From contig OZ287083.1 of assembly GCA_965645245.1 (NCBI GenBank), forward strand, positions 868,001-932,000: a stretch of 64,000 bases of DNA, given 5' to 3'. Positions 49,231 through 60,370 of this stretch are shown piece by piece. The translations under genes were made by a program, and so were the position numbers. The notes beneath the pieces were generated by a model. The model saw nothing but the letters and a program-made list of their open reading frames with translations, did not search any database and was not told where the DNA came from. This DNA is from Massalongia carnosa. Lineage: Eukaryota. Positions within the stretch are counted from its first letter, which is position 1; the number at the start of each line of letters is the position of its first letter.

Positions 49231-52200
49231 TTTTTTATTTTATTTATTCATTAAGTGTATTCAACCTAAGGTTATGACACGAAACTATTTTAGGATATGT
49301 TTCTATATTACAAATAAATCAATCCTTTATAACGCATCTATGTATTGTCAATTTTTCCCCATTTTTACTCCGTGTTAGTAACAACCTATAGTAATCGAAG
49401 AATATCGATTTTAAAATTTGTCTTTGTAAGTTCGTGAATGTTTCAGCATAAATCGTTTCTGATTTTACTTTTCGATGTCTCCCTAACCTCCAGTTTCGAA
49501 AATCTCGTCATCAAGCTGACCTAGTATCTATTTTCTTGTCGCGATTTTGTTATTGACAATGAATTTAATCAAAATGTCATTTCCGATTTTAGTATTAAAC
49601 AACATATTCAAATTGATCGTAGTATCGATATTTTGTTTCATGTTTTGAATTTCATCGAAATAGTGAATGCAATTCAGTTACAAGTATTCTGGCGTTTGTC
49701 GTTGATTGCATCGATTTGTGCATTTTGACGAATTATAATCTTTCAATCGCTGTAAATATGATCGAAAATAGCCGTGTCCGAATTTTAATTGCATAATAGT
49801 AGTTATTATCAATTGGAACAGTTGTTTGATAAATAATAAAATCTCGATATGTCAGGTTTCATTTCGAATTTCTCGTAGTATTTGCCTTTTGATTTGCATT
49901 GTTGCCATTGATTCGTCCATGTGGTTAGCATATTTTGATTTATTTGATCTTTTACATAATCATATGTTATCGCCGAGGACTCGACTAGGATTTGATTATG
50001 GCCTGTCTTTGCTATTTTGTCTGCAATTTCGTTTTCGGTAATATCTGAATGACTCGGAACCCATTGCAAAATCACCTGAAAATTGCTTTCAAATAAGAGT
50101 TTTGCGAGCTTTCGAATTTGTCTTGCAAAAATATGATTTTTCAAGTTCTGGATTTCGTTTATCGCGTTTATACTATCAGAAAAAATCCAAATCGTTTTTT
50201 CTAAGTTCGATAAAATATTAGTATTCGACAATTTATAGACCCATTTCATTGCTTGTAAAATCGCATGCAGTTCAGCATTTTTAATGCTTGACTGTTTGCT
50301 TAATTTCCAGCTTTTCGAAATCGTATGATACTTGATCAGACAATCTTTTTCGATAAATCGATTAAAATTATTGATAATATTACTCCAATTCCTTATAATT
50401 GGAGCAAATGTGACTGCAGACGTCGCAAATTCGATTTTCGATCCATCTGTATAAAGTAAAACTCGGGATTTATCGGAGTTCATTGATTTAAAATTGGATA
50501 AGGTCGGATAATAACTTGATTTAGCAGATTCCTTCGTATTTTCGTATTGAAATTCGATTTTGCAAGGCGATTTCCAAGGTTTAATAAAATGATTTGCTTG
50601 TTCAAATTCATCAGTTCTGTGAACTATGTCGGAAACGGAATGAAGAACGCGAAGAAGCTGGCTAGGATCTCGTTTATTTGTTTGTTTTTCGTCTTCGTTC
50701 CATTCGGCATATTTGTTGTTCCATAAACTTGTGTCAAAACCGATATTTTCGAATTTTATCGAATATGTGTTTGGAATTCTTTGACACATAGGGTTATTTT
50801 CGGCAATCTTCAATAATCGAATTGCGTATTTTTGATTTTTCATTAATAATCGAAGTTTAACTGGTAACACATGTGATTCAATTTCCATCGCCTGAACAGG
50901 TGTGGGTTTGAAAGTTCCTAAAATCTTTCGAATCATTTGATTTTGTAGGTTCTGAAATAGTTTTTCATATTTCTTTTGACCATTATACCAAATTTCTGAG
51001 CCGTAGTCCGAAATAGGAATAATGCATGACATATAGAGCTGTCTGCATGCGGTCGGTTTCAGACCCCATTCGGATTTCATCAAATTCTGAATTGCAAAAA
51101 ACGATCGATTCGCAGAAGAGATCCGCGTTTCGACGTGTTTTTTGAAATTTAGTTTTCGGTCTAACCAGACGCCCAACCACTTGACTACATTTTTCGGTTC
51201 TAGTACTGTCCCGTTTGGTAATTCCAATGTGTCTTTCGATATATTTTCTTGTCTTTTCGAAGTGAAGCAGCTCGGATTTATCGTCATCAAATTTGACATT
51301 ATTCGATACGGCCCAATCAAAAGCCGTTTTGACTATGATTTCGATTTCTTTGCAATTCTGTTTTGCAGTTTTATTTTCGACATATATTTCAACATCTTCA
51401 ATAAAACTGGGAGAATGTGCATTGAATTTCATTCGTATTTTCGGAAACAAGTGACGAATGTAAATCAGAAATAGAATAGGCGAGATTGGTGAGCCTTGTG
51501 GAATTCCGGATTCGACATAATATATTTTGCTTAAATTTTCATCAAATATCAAATTGATCGATCGTTTTGTCATGAAATGCTTGACCCATTGAATTATTAT
51601 GCGAGATAATTTCAGCTTTTTCATAATATTTAGCAGTTGATTAATCGAGACAAAGTCAATTGCGCCTTTAACATCGAGTAATAAACACGATAAGACGTTT
51701 TTATTTCTATTTGCAATTTCAATATCATGAACAACGTTCATTACTGCGTCAATTGCAGAATGATTTTTGCGTCCGCCAATCTGTTCGATATCGAGTAAAT
51801 TCGAATTTTCGCCGAAGTAGGCTAGTCGATTTGCAACGATTTTCTCAGCAATTTTACCAAGACAATTTAGTAATGTGATATTTCGATATGATTTTGAAAA
51901 CGAATAGTCTGATTTATTAGGTTTTTTCAGAACTGCACCGAGTCCTGTCCGCCCGCATAACGGGTGATAACCGATTCGAATGAATTTCGAATAAATCATG
52001 AAAAACACGTTTTTCAACGATTGAAACGATTTTTGAACAATTATAAAATTGATTGCATCAGGTCCACACGCTTTCTTCGGATTAAATAAACTAATCGCAT
52101 TTTTCAACTCGTTTTCGGTCAAATCTGGCCAATTATCATCATTTCGGCTGTCTTGATTTGATAGATCTTCCTCATTATCGTCAATAAATGGGTTTTTTGT

Positions 52201-55088
52201 ATACATTGCTGACACAAATGCATCGCATTTGTCATCAAACTTAACATTTAGCTTGTTTTCATGTAGAATCGGCGGTATTTTTTCGAATATGCGCGGTTTA
52301 GTGTATTTATACGCGGTAAATAAATCTTTATTTGCTGCATTTTCTAGAAAAGTCAACCATGTTTGTTGTTTTGCTTTTCGAATTGCATAAAAATACTCAA
52401 TTCGACTATGTTTAAACGTCCGATGACTAAAATCGGACGGATAATTCTTCCATTCTCGACGATGTCTGCACATGGTTTTTCGAAGTTCAGTTAAATCTTG
52501 CGACCACCAATTTTTCGATATTGCACAAATTTTCGTTTTCGGAATAAACATTTCAGCTGCGTTTTTGATAACGTTTTGCAAATATATCGCTGATTCGTTG
52601 AATTGATGATTATTCAATAAACTTTGAACTTGTGATTCGTAGATGGTTGAACTTTCGTCTAGATACTTCGCGAATTTATTCCAATCGGCTTTATTGCAAT
52701 TTTATTTATTCGATAATGCGGTTGTATGTGACGTCAAGTTTTTAAAAGATGGGATTAGTTCAAATCGGATGACTTCATGATCTGAACCTGTGACTGCGTT
52801 TTCATCGATTGACCAATTTGTAATTGCATTTTCGATTTTAGAATTTGCAAAAGTTAAAACAATAACAGATGAAGAACTTCCAGAATGGGCGTAGTATGTA
52901 CATAAGTCAGGTTTCTTTATCAAACTACACCTGTTTAATTTCAGCCATTTGACAAGATTTTCTGATCGAATTGCTTGTTGAATTTTCGAATTCCACCAGT
53001 TATGATGTGCATTGAAATCTCCACAGATGACGAATTGATCAGTTGATTTAAGTTGTAATTGGATTAAAAGTCGATCGATCGTGTATGTTTCTCGATCGCT
53101 TTGACTTTTTTCGTTATAAATATTGAAAATCTGCACTTTTCGAACTTCATCAATTGTAATTTCAATAATTTGCATATCGGAATCGTCAATAAGATCCGTT
53201 CTAGGTGTGCATTGCAGTTTGGAATTTCCATTTGTGACAAATATAGCTACTCTCGAGCGATAAGTCGCTATTTTTGGCATAATACTTGTAAATGACGGAT
53301 GTGATATTGTTTTTTGATATCGTGTCCATGGTTCCTGAAACAAAACAATATCAATTAGATTTGATAAAGCATATTCTAAACACGATATCATTGCATTCTT
53401 TGACTTTGCACAATTATGTTGAATAAATTTAACATTTTGTGTATTTTCGATGTTTGTCAACGAATGCTGTCCTGCCATTACAAAGCGGCTAATTCGTCAT
53501 TCGATTTTCGAACATTTAACGATATAACCATTTCACAATTTTCATCATTGGATTGATGATTCTTGTTGCAATTCGCGCATTTGACGACGACGTGTGCACA
53601 AGCAATTTTTTACTTGCATGTTGTGCATTTGTAACGGTTCGACCAAGCGTGGTGCGGACGGCAGGACCTACAGCAAACATAGCAGGAGACCCAGTAATAG
53701 TAGAATAGAGCTTGGTCTGCGGACTAAGTATTGTGCCTTTTGGTCGGGAAGGACAGGTGGCGCAATGGTAGAAATCTATTCACTATCTCGCTTCGTCACA
53801 GAATACTTAGTCATCAATCGGTGTACTAGTCGTGAGTTCGATTCCTGACCTGAGTTCCTCGCTTTTTCGCCTTGCTTCGACGGACTGAAGCTAGGACGAA
53901 ACGGGAAAGCGTTGGATGAAAACTCTCTAAGTCGGATCGGCGAGGGCGGTACGCTAAGAAGAGCCCATTCTTCGGGGCTAACTATAACTGGAAGCGGCTA
54001 GGGGCTAGCCGCAGCTAGACGGGCGGTAGTGTAACGGTTCGACCAAGCGTGGTGCGGACGGCAGGACCTACAGCAAACATAGCAGGAGACCCAGTAATAG
54101 TAGAATAGAGCTTGGTCTGCGGACTAAGTATTGTGCCTTTTGGTCGGGAAGGACAGGTGGCGCAATGGTAGAAATCTATTCACTATCTCGCTTCGTCACA
54201 GCATTCATGATTGCGTGTTTCATGGTTTTGCGCACATATGCTGCATTTCGCTTGACTTTTGCATTGATAATGCTTGTGTCCAAATTTTTGACAATTAATG
54301 CATTGTGTGTTTGGACGAACGGAGGTAAATATTTCCGTGTCACAATGTCGGCCCGCGATATTGACTCCTTTTAACGCGTTCAAGGCCATATTTCGATCAT
54401 TGAATGTTAAAACAACGGATGATTTGATCTTGTTATGACGATCACGTGCTAGCCATCTGGGAACATCGCATAATTGCATGTTCGAATTGAACTTTTGAAT
54501 TTCGTCTTGCAAATATTGCATGTTTTCATCAAATGTTGCAATATTTACACCGTGTGCGACGACTTTGAACCACGATTCGTCCTTTCGAACTGTTCGTGGG
54601 TCGAATAAATGCTCCCATACTGATTTATTGTTCAATAAATCTTCAGCAGTGTTATCAGGACTAGTAGTCAGAACGATGTTTTGACCCGTTTTGGACTTTT
54701 CGACCGTGTTAACAACGATAGTCAATTTCGCGTTTTTAAAAAGCGAATTGATTTGATTTCGAAGCAACAGTGAATCGATATCGCCGATTTGAGCTTTCGG
54801 TGTGATTATCAATCGTCGAGATTTGATCGCCTTGAAATCGTCAGTATTATCGAATTCGTTCGCATTCGAATTATTGTTGTTGTTCTTGTTTGTTTTTTTG
54901 GATCGAGGAACGGTAGTCCAATTTTCGGAATTGACAGTCGCTTTTCCGAGCATTTGGCTTCATGTTCTAGCTGTATCGTTGACCTGCGGCCCTGGGACTC
55001 CGGCGGTTTCGCTCCGAATTTCTGGGTTGACGTTTTTAGTCAAATTCGAATTTCCATTTGAATTTCCCTTCGATTTTGTCTGTACAGG
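49231..55088 (-). mobile_element. LINE subfamily B, truncated within ORF1
   Basis: Poly(T) at 49231, frameshifted ORF2 (52702-53478, 50983-52617, 49809-51320), ORF1 part to 55088 interrupted by the TRIM. Confidence 0.93.
53630..54200 (+). mobile_element. TRIM-like non-autonomous LTR element (571 bp)
   Basis: Two identical 171-bp TG..CA repeats (53630-53800, 54030-54200), 229-bp non-coding interior, TSD gcatt, purine-rich tract before LTR2. Confidence 0.93.
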
Positions 55089-57183
55089 CTAAGAATGATA
55101 AAATAGAGTTGACATCTCCTTCGTGAAGTCTCTATCCCAGTTTTCGTTCATCTCACTGGTGCGTTTTACGGCCCAAGACTATTGATGAATTCTACGATTG
55201 GGGTGAACGACGTCCCATTCGCCCAGGTCAAACCCAGTTTACTCCTTAAGCATATATCAAGGGCGAGTCTAGCCGTAGCCCATGTGCCGGCGAACCGACG
55301 GGGTCTCGTTACGAGTGAGATAGACATTCCCTGCTCTTTATACACCTACATGCGCATACTGTCCTCTCGGGCTATGCAGACGGTCTCCGTACGGTGGCCG
55401 CCATTGCATACCACGCCTCACGGGATTTTTACGCCCACTTCGCGTTATTCATAAAGGTCTCCCGTTTATGAACCGACTATGTATCCCAGGGATTTCGACA
55501 GCTATGCTCCTGACCAGGCAGTATAGTATCGATTTTCCGTCCCTACTAACCAAAATAAGTCAAGGACAACTCGGAGGGATGCTCGTTTGAAATTCGTCTA
55601 TTAGCTCAGGGCCTAGACTGTTATCAATTAACGGGTTCCTCGTATATTGCCCTCTTCTTGTCCCAAGGGTGTCCTATTTGATGACTAGGTTGCCTCCACC
55701 ATCCCCGGTACGACTCCGGTTCGGGCCGTGTTGCTCACGGTAGCCATCAATCGGATGGTTTTCATAACCCAAATCCCTTGTATCATGTAGGGTGTGACCC
55801 TACACTATGTGTCTATATGTTTTATTTCTTTCAGCCGGAGGGCTCCGTGTTGTAGACGAAGGAGACCCGTGTGATAGACATAGCTGACCCGTGTCCTACG
55901 TCTTTAGCTCTCAGCCGATGACTGCATGAAAGGACTTGAACCTTTAAGAGTATGACCGAACGTTGTTAACGAGGTCTATGAAAATCTTATTAACGAGGTC
56001 TTCGAGAACAATATTAACGAAGTTCCGCTGAACTCTTTTCATTCGTTTTGTGATCCATCGAGGTCTACCCGTGTCAAATCCACACCATGCCCGTGTCAAA
56101 ATACATTATTTTCAGCTGATGACTGCTAGAAAGGACTTGAACCTCTAAAAATATGTACTCCGATATTAACGGGGTGCAGATCTGTCTTAACGAGCCCCCG
56201 CAGAACCCCCTTCACAGGGACGTGTTATTGGTTTGTGACTGTGTTTTTTGTAACTGTGTGTTTTGTGACTGTGTGTTTGTGACTGTATGTTTGTGACTGT
56301 GTGCTTTTTGACTATCTGCTTTGTACAACGTGTGATTGATGACTATGTGTTTTGTGACTTTGTTTTCCTCGATTTTATTTAACAGGCCGGGCCTATTAAA
56401 TGGGATATTGTTATTCTGCTCCGAGATGGAGTTTTCTTGAGGTGACAGCATTCGCCCCGGTGCCTTTACGCGTTCTGTTGATCCCAGCTGATGACTACAT
56501 GGGGAGACTTGAACTCTCAGTAGCTAGAACGCGTGTCGACTGTGCCCGGGTGGGGGATGATGCGGCTCCTTTGGTCCACATCTTCTTCCAGCTGATGACT
56601 GCATAAAGGGACTTGAACCCTTAGAAGCATGGTGCAGGGACGAGCGCATTCTACCCCCCCGGCGGTTGGCCTTCGTATCCTCTTCCGTACGTACGTCTGT
56701 GACGCGTGTGAACGCGTTAAATTAGCATTGTTTTGATGCGAAGAGATAGGAGCAAATCTATGTTTGACGGTCGCCCCACGGTGAGGCCTTTGGCGTCTCC
56801 ATGGTGAGGACCGATGGTGTAGAAGGAGGAGGACCGATGGTGTAGGCTCGTCCGTCTCGAGTCTTATCTGTATCGATTTCTGATATTCAGCGGTGAAAAG
56901 AGCTCAGAATATCAGGAGAACTGTTTAGGAAATGATATTTAACTGCATTGCTCTCGAGTGCAAGATCGTTTACTATCAAGCTTTTCCATTGTATCATAAG
57001 AGTGGAAAAGGTTGCAAGCTGATCGTTGGATCTCGTAGACCTGAAGCCTGCTCAATCACGAGGGAAGGCACATTATAAACTCAGAAAGACACCATAGTCG
57101 GTCGATGCAAGGCTTGAATACTCTCAATGAAACCCTATTCTGAAACCACATTCGAAAAATCAAAGGACGGAATAGAGTAGTAG
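55089..57183. other. 2.1-kb unassigned, apparently non-coding segment with repeated B-box/T-arm modules
   Basis: No similarity to other elements here and visibly less AT-rich than the LINEs. Four copies of cagcYgatgactRc..acttgaa. Lies inside a LINE TSD. Confidence 0.7.
56232..56366. repeat. Degenerate minisatellite (tttgtgactgtgtg-like, about 14-16 bp units)
   Basis: Repeated tgtgactgtgt units seen directly. Confidence 0.85.
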
Positions 57184-58626
57184 TTTCGATTTGCATATTA
57201 TGCATTCATGATTACGTGTTTCACGATTTTGTGCACAAATATTGCATTTTGATTTGTTTAGACACTGATAATGCTTGTGTCCGATTTTTTGACAATTAAT
57301 ACATTGTGTATTCGGACGAACGGAAGTAAATATTTCCGTGTCACAGTGTTTTCCCGCGATATTTACGCCTTTTAACGCGTTTAAGGCCTGATTTCGATCG
57401 TTAAAAGTCAAAACGACCGAAGAATTGACTTTATTTTCGCGGTCTCGCGCTAGCCATCTGGGTAAATCGCACAATTCCATGTTAAGGTTGAATTTCTGGA
57501 TTTCATTTTGCAAATATTGCATATTTTGATCAAACGTTGCAATATTTACTCCATGTGTGATCACTTTAAACCAGGATTCGTCTTTTCGAATTCTTTGTGC
57601 ATCGAACATATGTTCCCATATAGATTTGTTTTCCAACAATTCTGCAGCAGTATTTTTCGAACTAGTAGTGAGAACGATATTCTGACCGGTTTTCGATTTT
57701 TCGACCGTGTTGATTACGATATCTAACTTCGCGTTGCTGAATTGCGCGTTGATTTGATCTCGAAGTTTCAATGAGTCGATATCGCCGATTTGAATTTTTG
57801 GTGTAATTATCAGTCGTCTGAGTTTGATTGCATTTAATTCGTCGGTTTTGTTGAATTTGTTCGAGGTTTGACTCGAATTTTTCGATCTGGAAACAGTGGT
57901 CCAATTTTCGGAATTCGCAGTTGCTTTTCCAAGCATTTGACTCCAGGATGGAGGCGTGTTATTGACCTTTGTACTCGTAACCCCGGCGGTTTCCTTTCGT
58001 GCGTTCGTGTTGACGACTTTATTTGGATTTTCAGTCGTATTGACTTGTTGAACCCGAGTCGATTTTCGCGTTGTTTCTGAGGTTCGATTACTAGTCTGAT
58101 CAATTACCTTGTCCAATTTCCAATTCATCATGTCTAGTGTTGTTTTTATATTAATTGATTTTTTTGTCAATAAGGAATTGACATTATCAATGACTATTGC
58201 TGTTTCTGGATTTTGATCTAAGACAAATGACTTCAATAACGCGGTTTTAGCCGTTTTGAGTAATCCAATCGATTGTGCTCGAATGATTGCTTCTTGGCTT
58301 TCCTCTACTCGTTCGTCCAATGTTTTTCGTTTGTTACGTTTGATAGGCGGGCTTAATTCTATAGAATTTTACGATGACATGGGTAGATTGGTAGTAAATT
58401 TTCCAGATGAGAATTTGGTTGCTTTTGGGGTCGGCGTAGTCGGGGCGGACGAATATTCATGTGATTGATCCATAGGCTCGTCAAGTACAGTCGATTTTTC
58501 TATAAGTCCTACTGACGAGAGCCCCGGAGATTCAATTTGGGGAGGGTTTTGAGGAGTGCTCAGGGGTGTTCCCGGGGAGGCTTTCGATATAATTCGTCGA
58601 GTCCTAGGGAGTACCGGATTGAACAT
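57184..58626 (-). pseudogene. LINE subfamily C ORF1 (C-terminus displaced to 49090-49230)
   Basis: ORFs 58369-58626 and 57160-58320 are homologous to ORF1. The reading ..HECIICKSK resumes at 49230. Confidence 0.9.
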
Positions 58627-58969
58627 GATTTAATAAATAAATCGATATGCCTTTTCAATATCCCTTTTATCACCACCAAATAATTTATTCTGATGTTCCC
58701 CGGACGTACTAATCAGAATAGAAATTTACACCAATTACAGGTCTAACGACTCTTGCTTTCTTATCCCTATTTATATGACAATAACTCGTCAAATAAATCC
58801 TAATCGGGTTAAAATAGACCGTTCCTCGCTTAGGCAGTAAATCTTATTTAACCCTTTACCAGACACTACAATAGCTGAAAATAATGAAAGGTTTTTTTTT
58901 ACTTTTTTGCGATAAAAATAGATCTTAGGCAATGTAAGATAATAAGAGACTTCCTATTCTGATTAATCT

Positions 58970-59376
58970 CAAAATATCGATACCACAATTACTTTAAAAA
59001 TGTTGTTTAATACTAGGATCGGAAATAATATTTTGATTAAATTTATTGTTGATAACAAAATCGCGACTAGAAAATGGATGCTAGGTCAGCTCGATGACGA
59101 AAATATCGAAACGGGAGGTTGGGGAGAGATCGCACAGTAAAATTAGAAATGATTTATGCTGGAATATTTACGAGCTTTACAAAAACAAATTTTAAAATCG
59201 ATATTTCGATTACTAAAGGTTGTTACTAACACGGAGTAAAAACGGGGCAATATTGACTATAAATAGTTGGGTTATAAAGGGTTGATTTATTTGTAAAATA
59301 AAACCATATCTTAAAATAGTTTAGTGTCATAACCTTAGGTTGAATACACTTAATGAATAAATAAAAAAAATAAAAA
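58970..59376 (+). mobile_element. 5'-truncated LINE subfamily A (about 0.4 kb)
   Basis: TSD attctgattaatct (58956-58969, 59377-59390) and A-rich tail. Confidence 0.93.
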
Positions 59377-59969
59377 ATTCTGATTAATCTGAAATAGGAT
59401 CTTTGGTATAATTCTATTCCAGACGTTTTTCCCCTTCTTTTCAGTGATCTGTTGACCGGCCGTTCAATGGAGATCGATAAAGCCTAAAATGGTATATGCA
59501 GAAATTATACGTGAAATATACTGTGAAAATTTGTGCTTGCGGAAGTTCATGAGAAATGAACTTCAAAAAAGTTGGTCGTCGCGACAGTTGTTGTACAGTA
59601 CCGCGACAGTAGATATTTTTTGTAGATAATTCTTGTAGTAATAATTGAGGATAATGCGACAACAGAACAGAAGAAAGTGAGAAAAAAGAGCGATTTTTGG
59701 TGATATTGTTGGTTTTTTTGTTGTTTTTTTTAACTTCTTGAGCGCGCTTTATCACGTCTGTCCCGTGCGACCAGCAGAAAATCTCTGCTGGAGCTTTGCT
59801 AGAGCTCTCCTACACTTAATCCGAGTCCGGTTTTGCTCTGGAGGAGCTCAAATTACTGAGAAAGAGATGTTCAATTGACTGTGAAAGTTATAGAGTATCA
59901 AAAGTTGCGGTACTTGTGTTTCGATAGGTGGTCTTTGGTGCTTCCTTTGTGGATATGGATCTCGTCGTC

Positions 59970-60331
59970 GAAATTCGAATTTCATCTGCAAATCGGTCAT
60001 TTTTTGCGATTCAAAATTTGATAAACTCGGAATAGGATCTAATATCGACTGCATGCAGACAGCTTTATTTGTCACGCTTCGTTCCTATTTCGGATTCTGG
60101 TTCAGAAATTTGGTAAAATGGTCAAAAGAAATATGAAAAACTATTTCAGAATTTGGAAAATCAGATGATTCGAAAGATTTTAGGAACATTCAAAACTACA
60201 CCTGTTCAGGCGATAGAAATTTCATTACATGTTTACCAGTAAGACTACGATTATTGATGAAAAATCAAAAGTATGTTATTCGATTATTGAAGATTACCGA
60301 AAATAATCCCATTTGTCATAGAATTCCAAAC
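59970..60331 (+). mobile_element. Old degenerate LINE ORF2 internal fragment
   Basis: Recognisable similarity to about 7850-8210. Confidence 0.8.
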
Positions 60332-60370
60332 CGTTAATCAAATTTTGAATCGTAAAGAACGACCTATTTG

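Larger units (their letters stand above)
42960..59945 (-). mobile_element. Near full-length LINE subfamily C with five nested insertions
   Basis: Poly(T) at 42960, ORF2 pieces up to the ATG at 49089, ORF1 split at 49230/57184, 5' UTR to about 59945 (end approximate). Confidence 0.85.

Noticed and set aside
55245..55255. cttaagcatat resembling the 5' end of LSU rRNA
   Set aside because: The match is only 11 nt and the flanks do not follow rRNA.
55182..55454. Host gene fragment in the captured segment
   Set aside because: Short ORF with no recognisable motif, and other frames have stops. Needs BLASTX to exclude fully.
56113..56160. CTGATGA...GAAA as a hammerhead ribozyme core
   Set aside because: No pairable stem II between CTGATGA and GAAA, GAAA is missing in two of four copies, and one copy has CCGATGA. 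The T-arm reading fits all four.
56212..56451. Thr/Gln/His-rich ORF
   Set aside because: Translation of the minisatellite.
56589..56680. Complete tRNA gene
   Set aside because: Only a T-arm and a weak D-loop-like motif. I could not build a cloverleaf with anticodon and acceptor stems.
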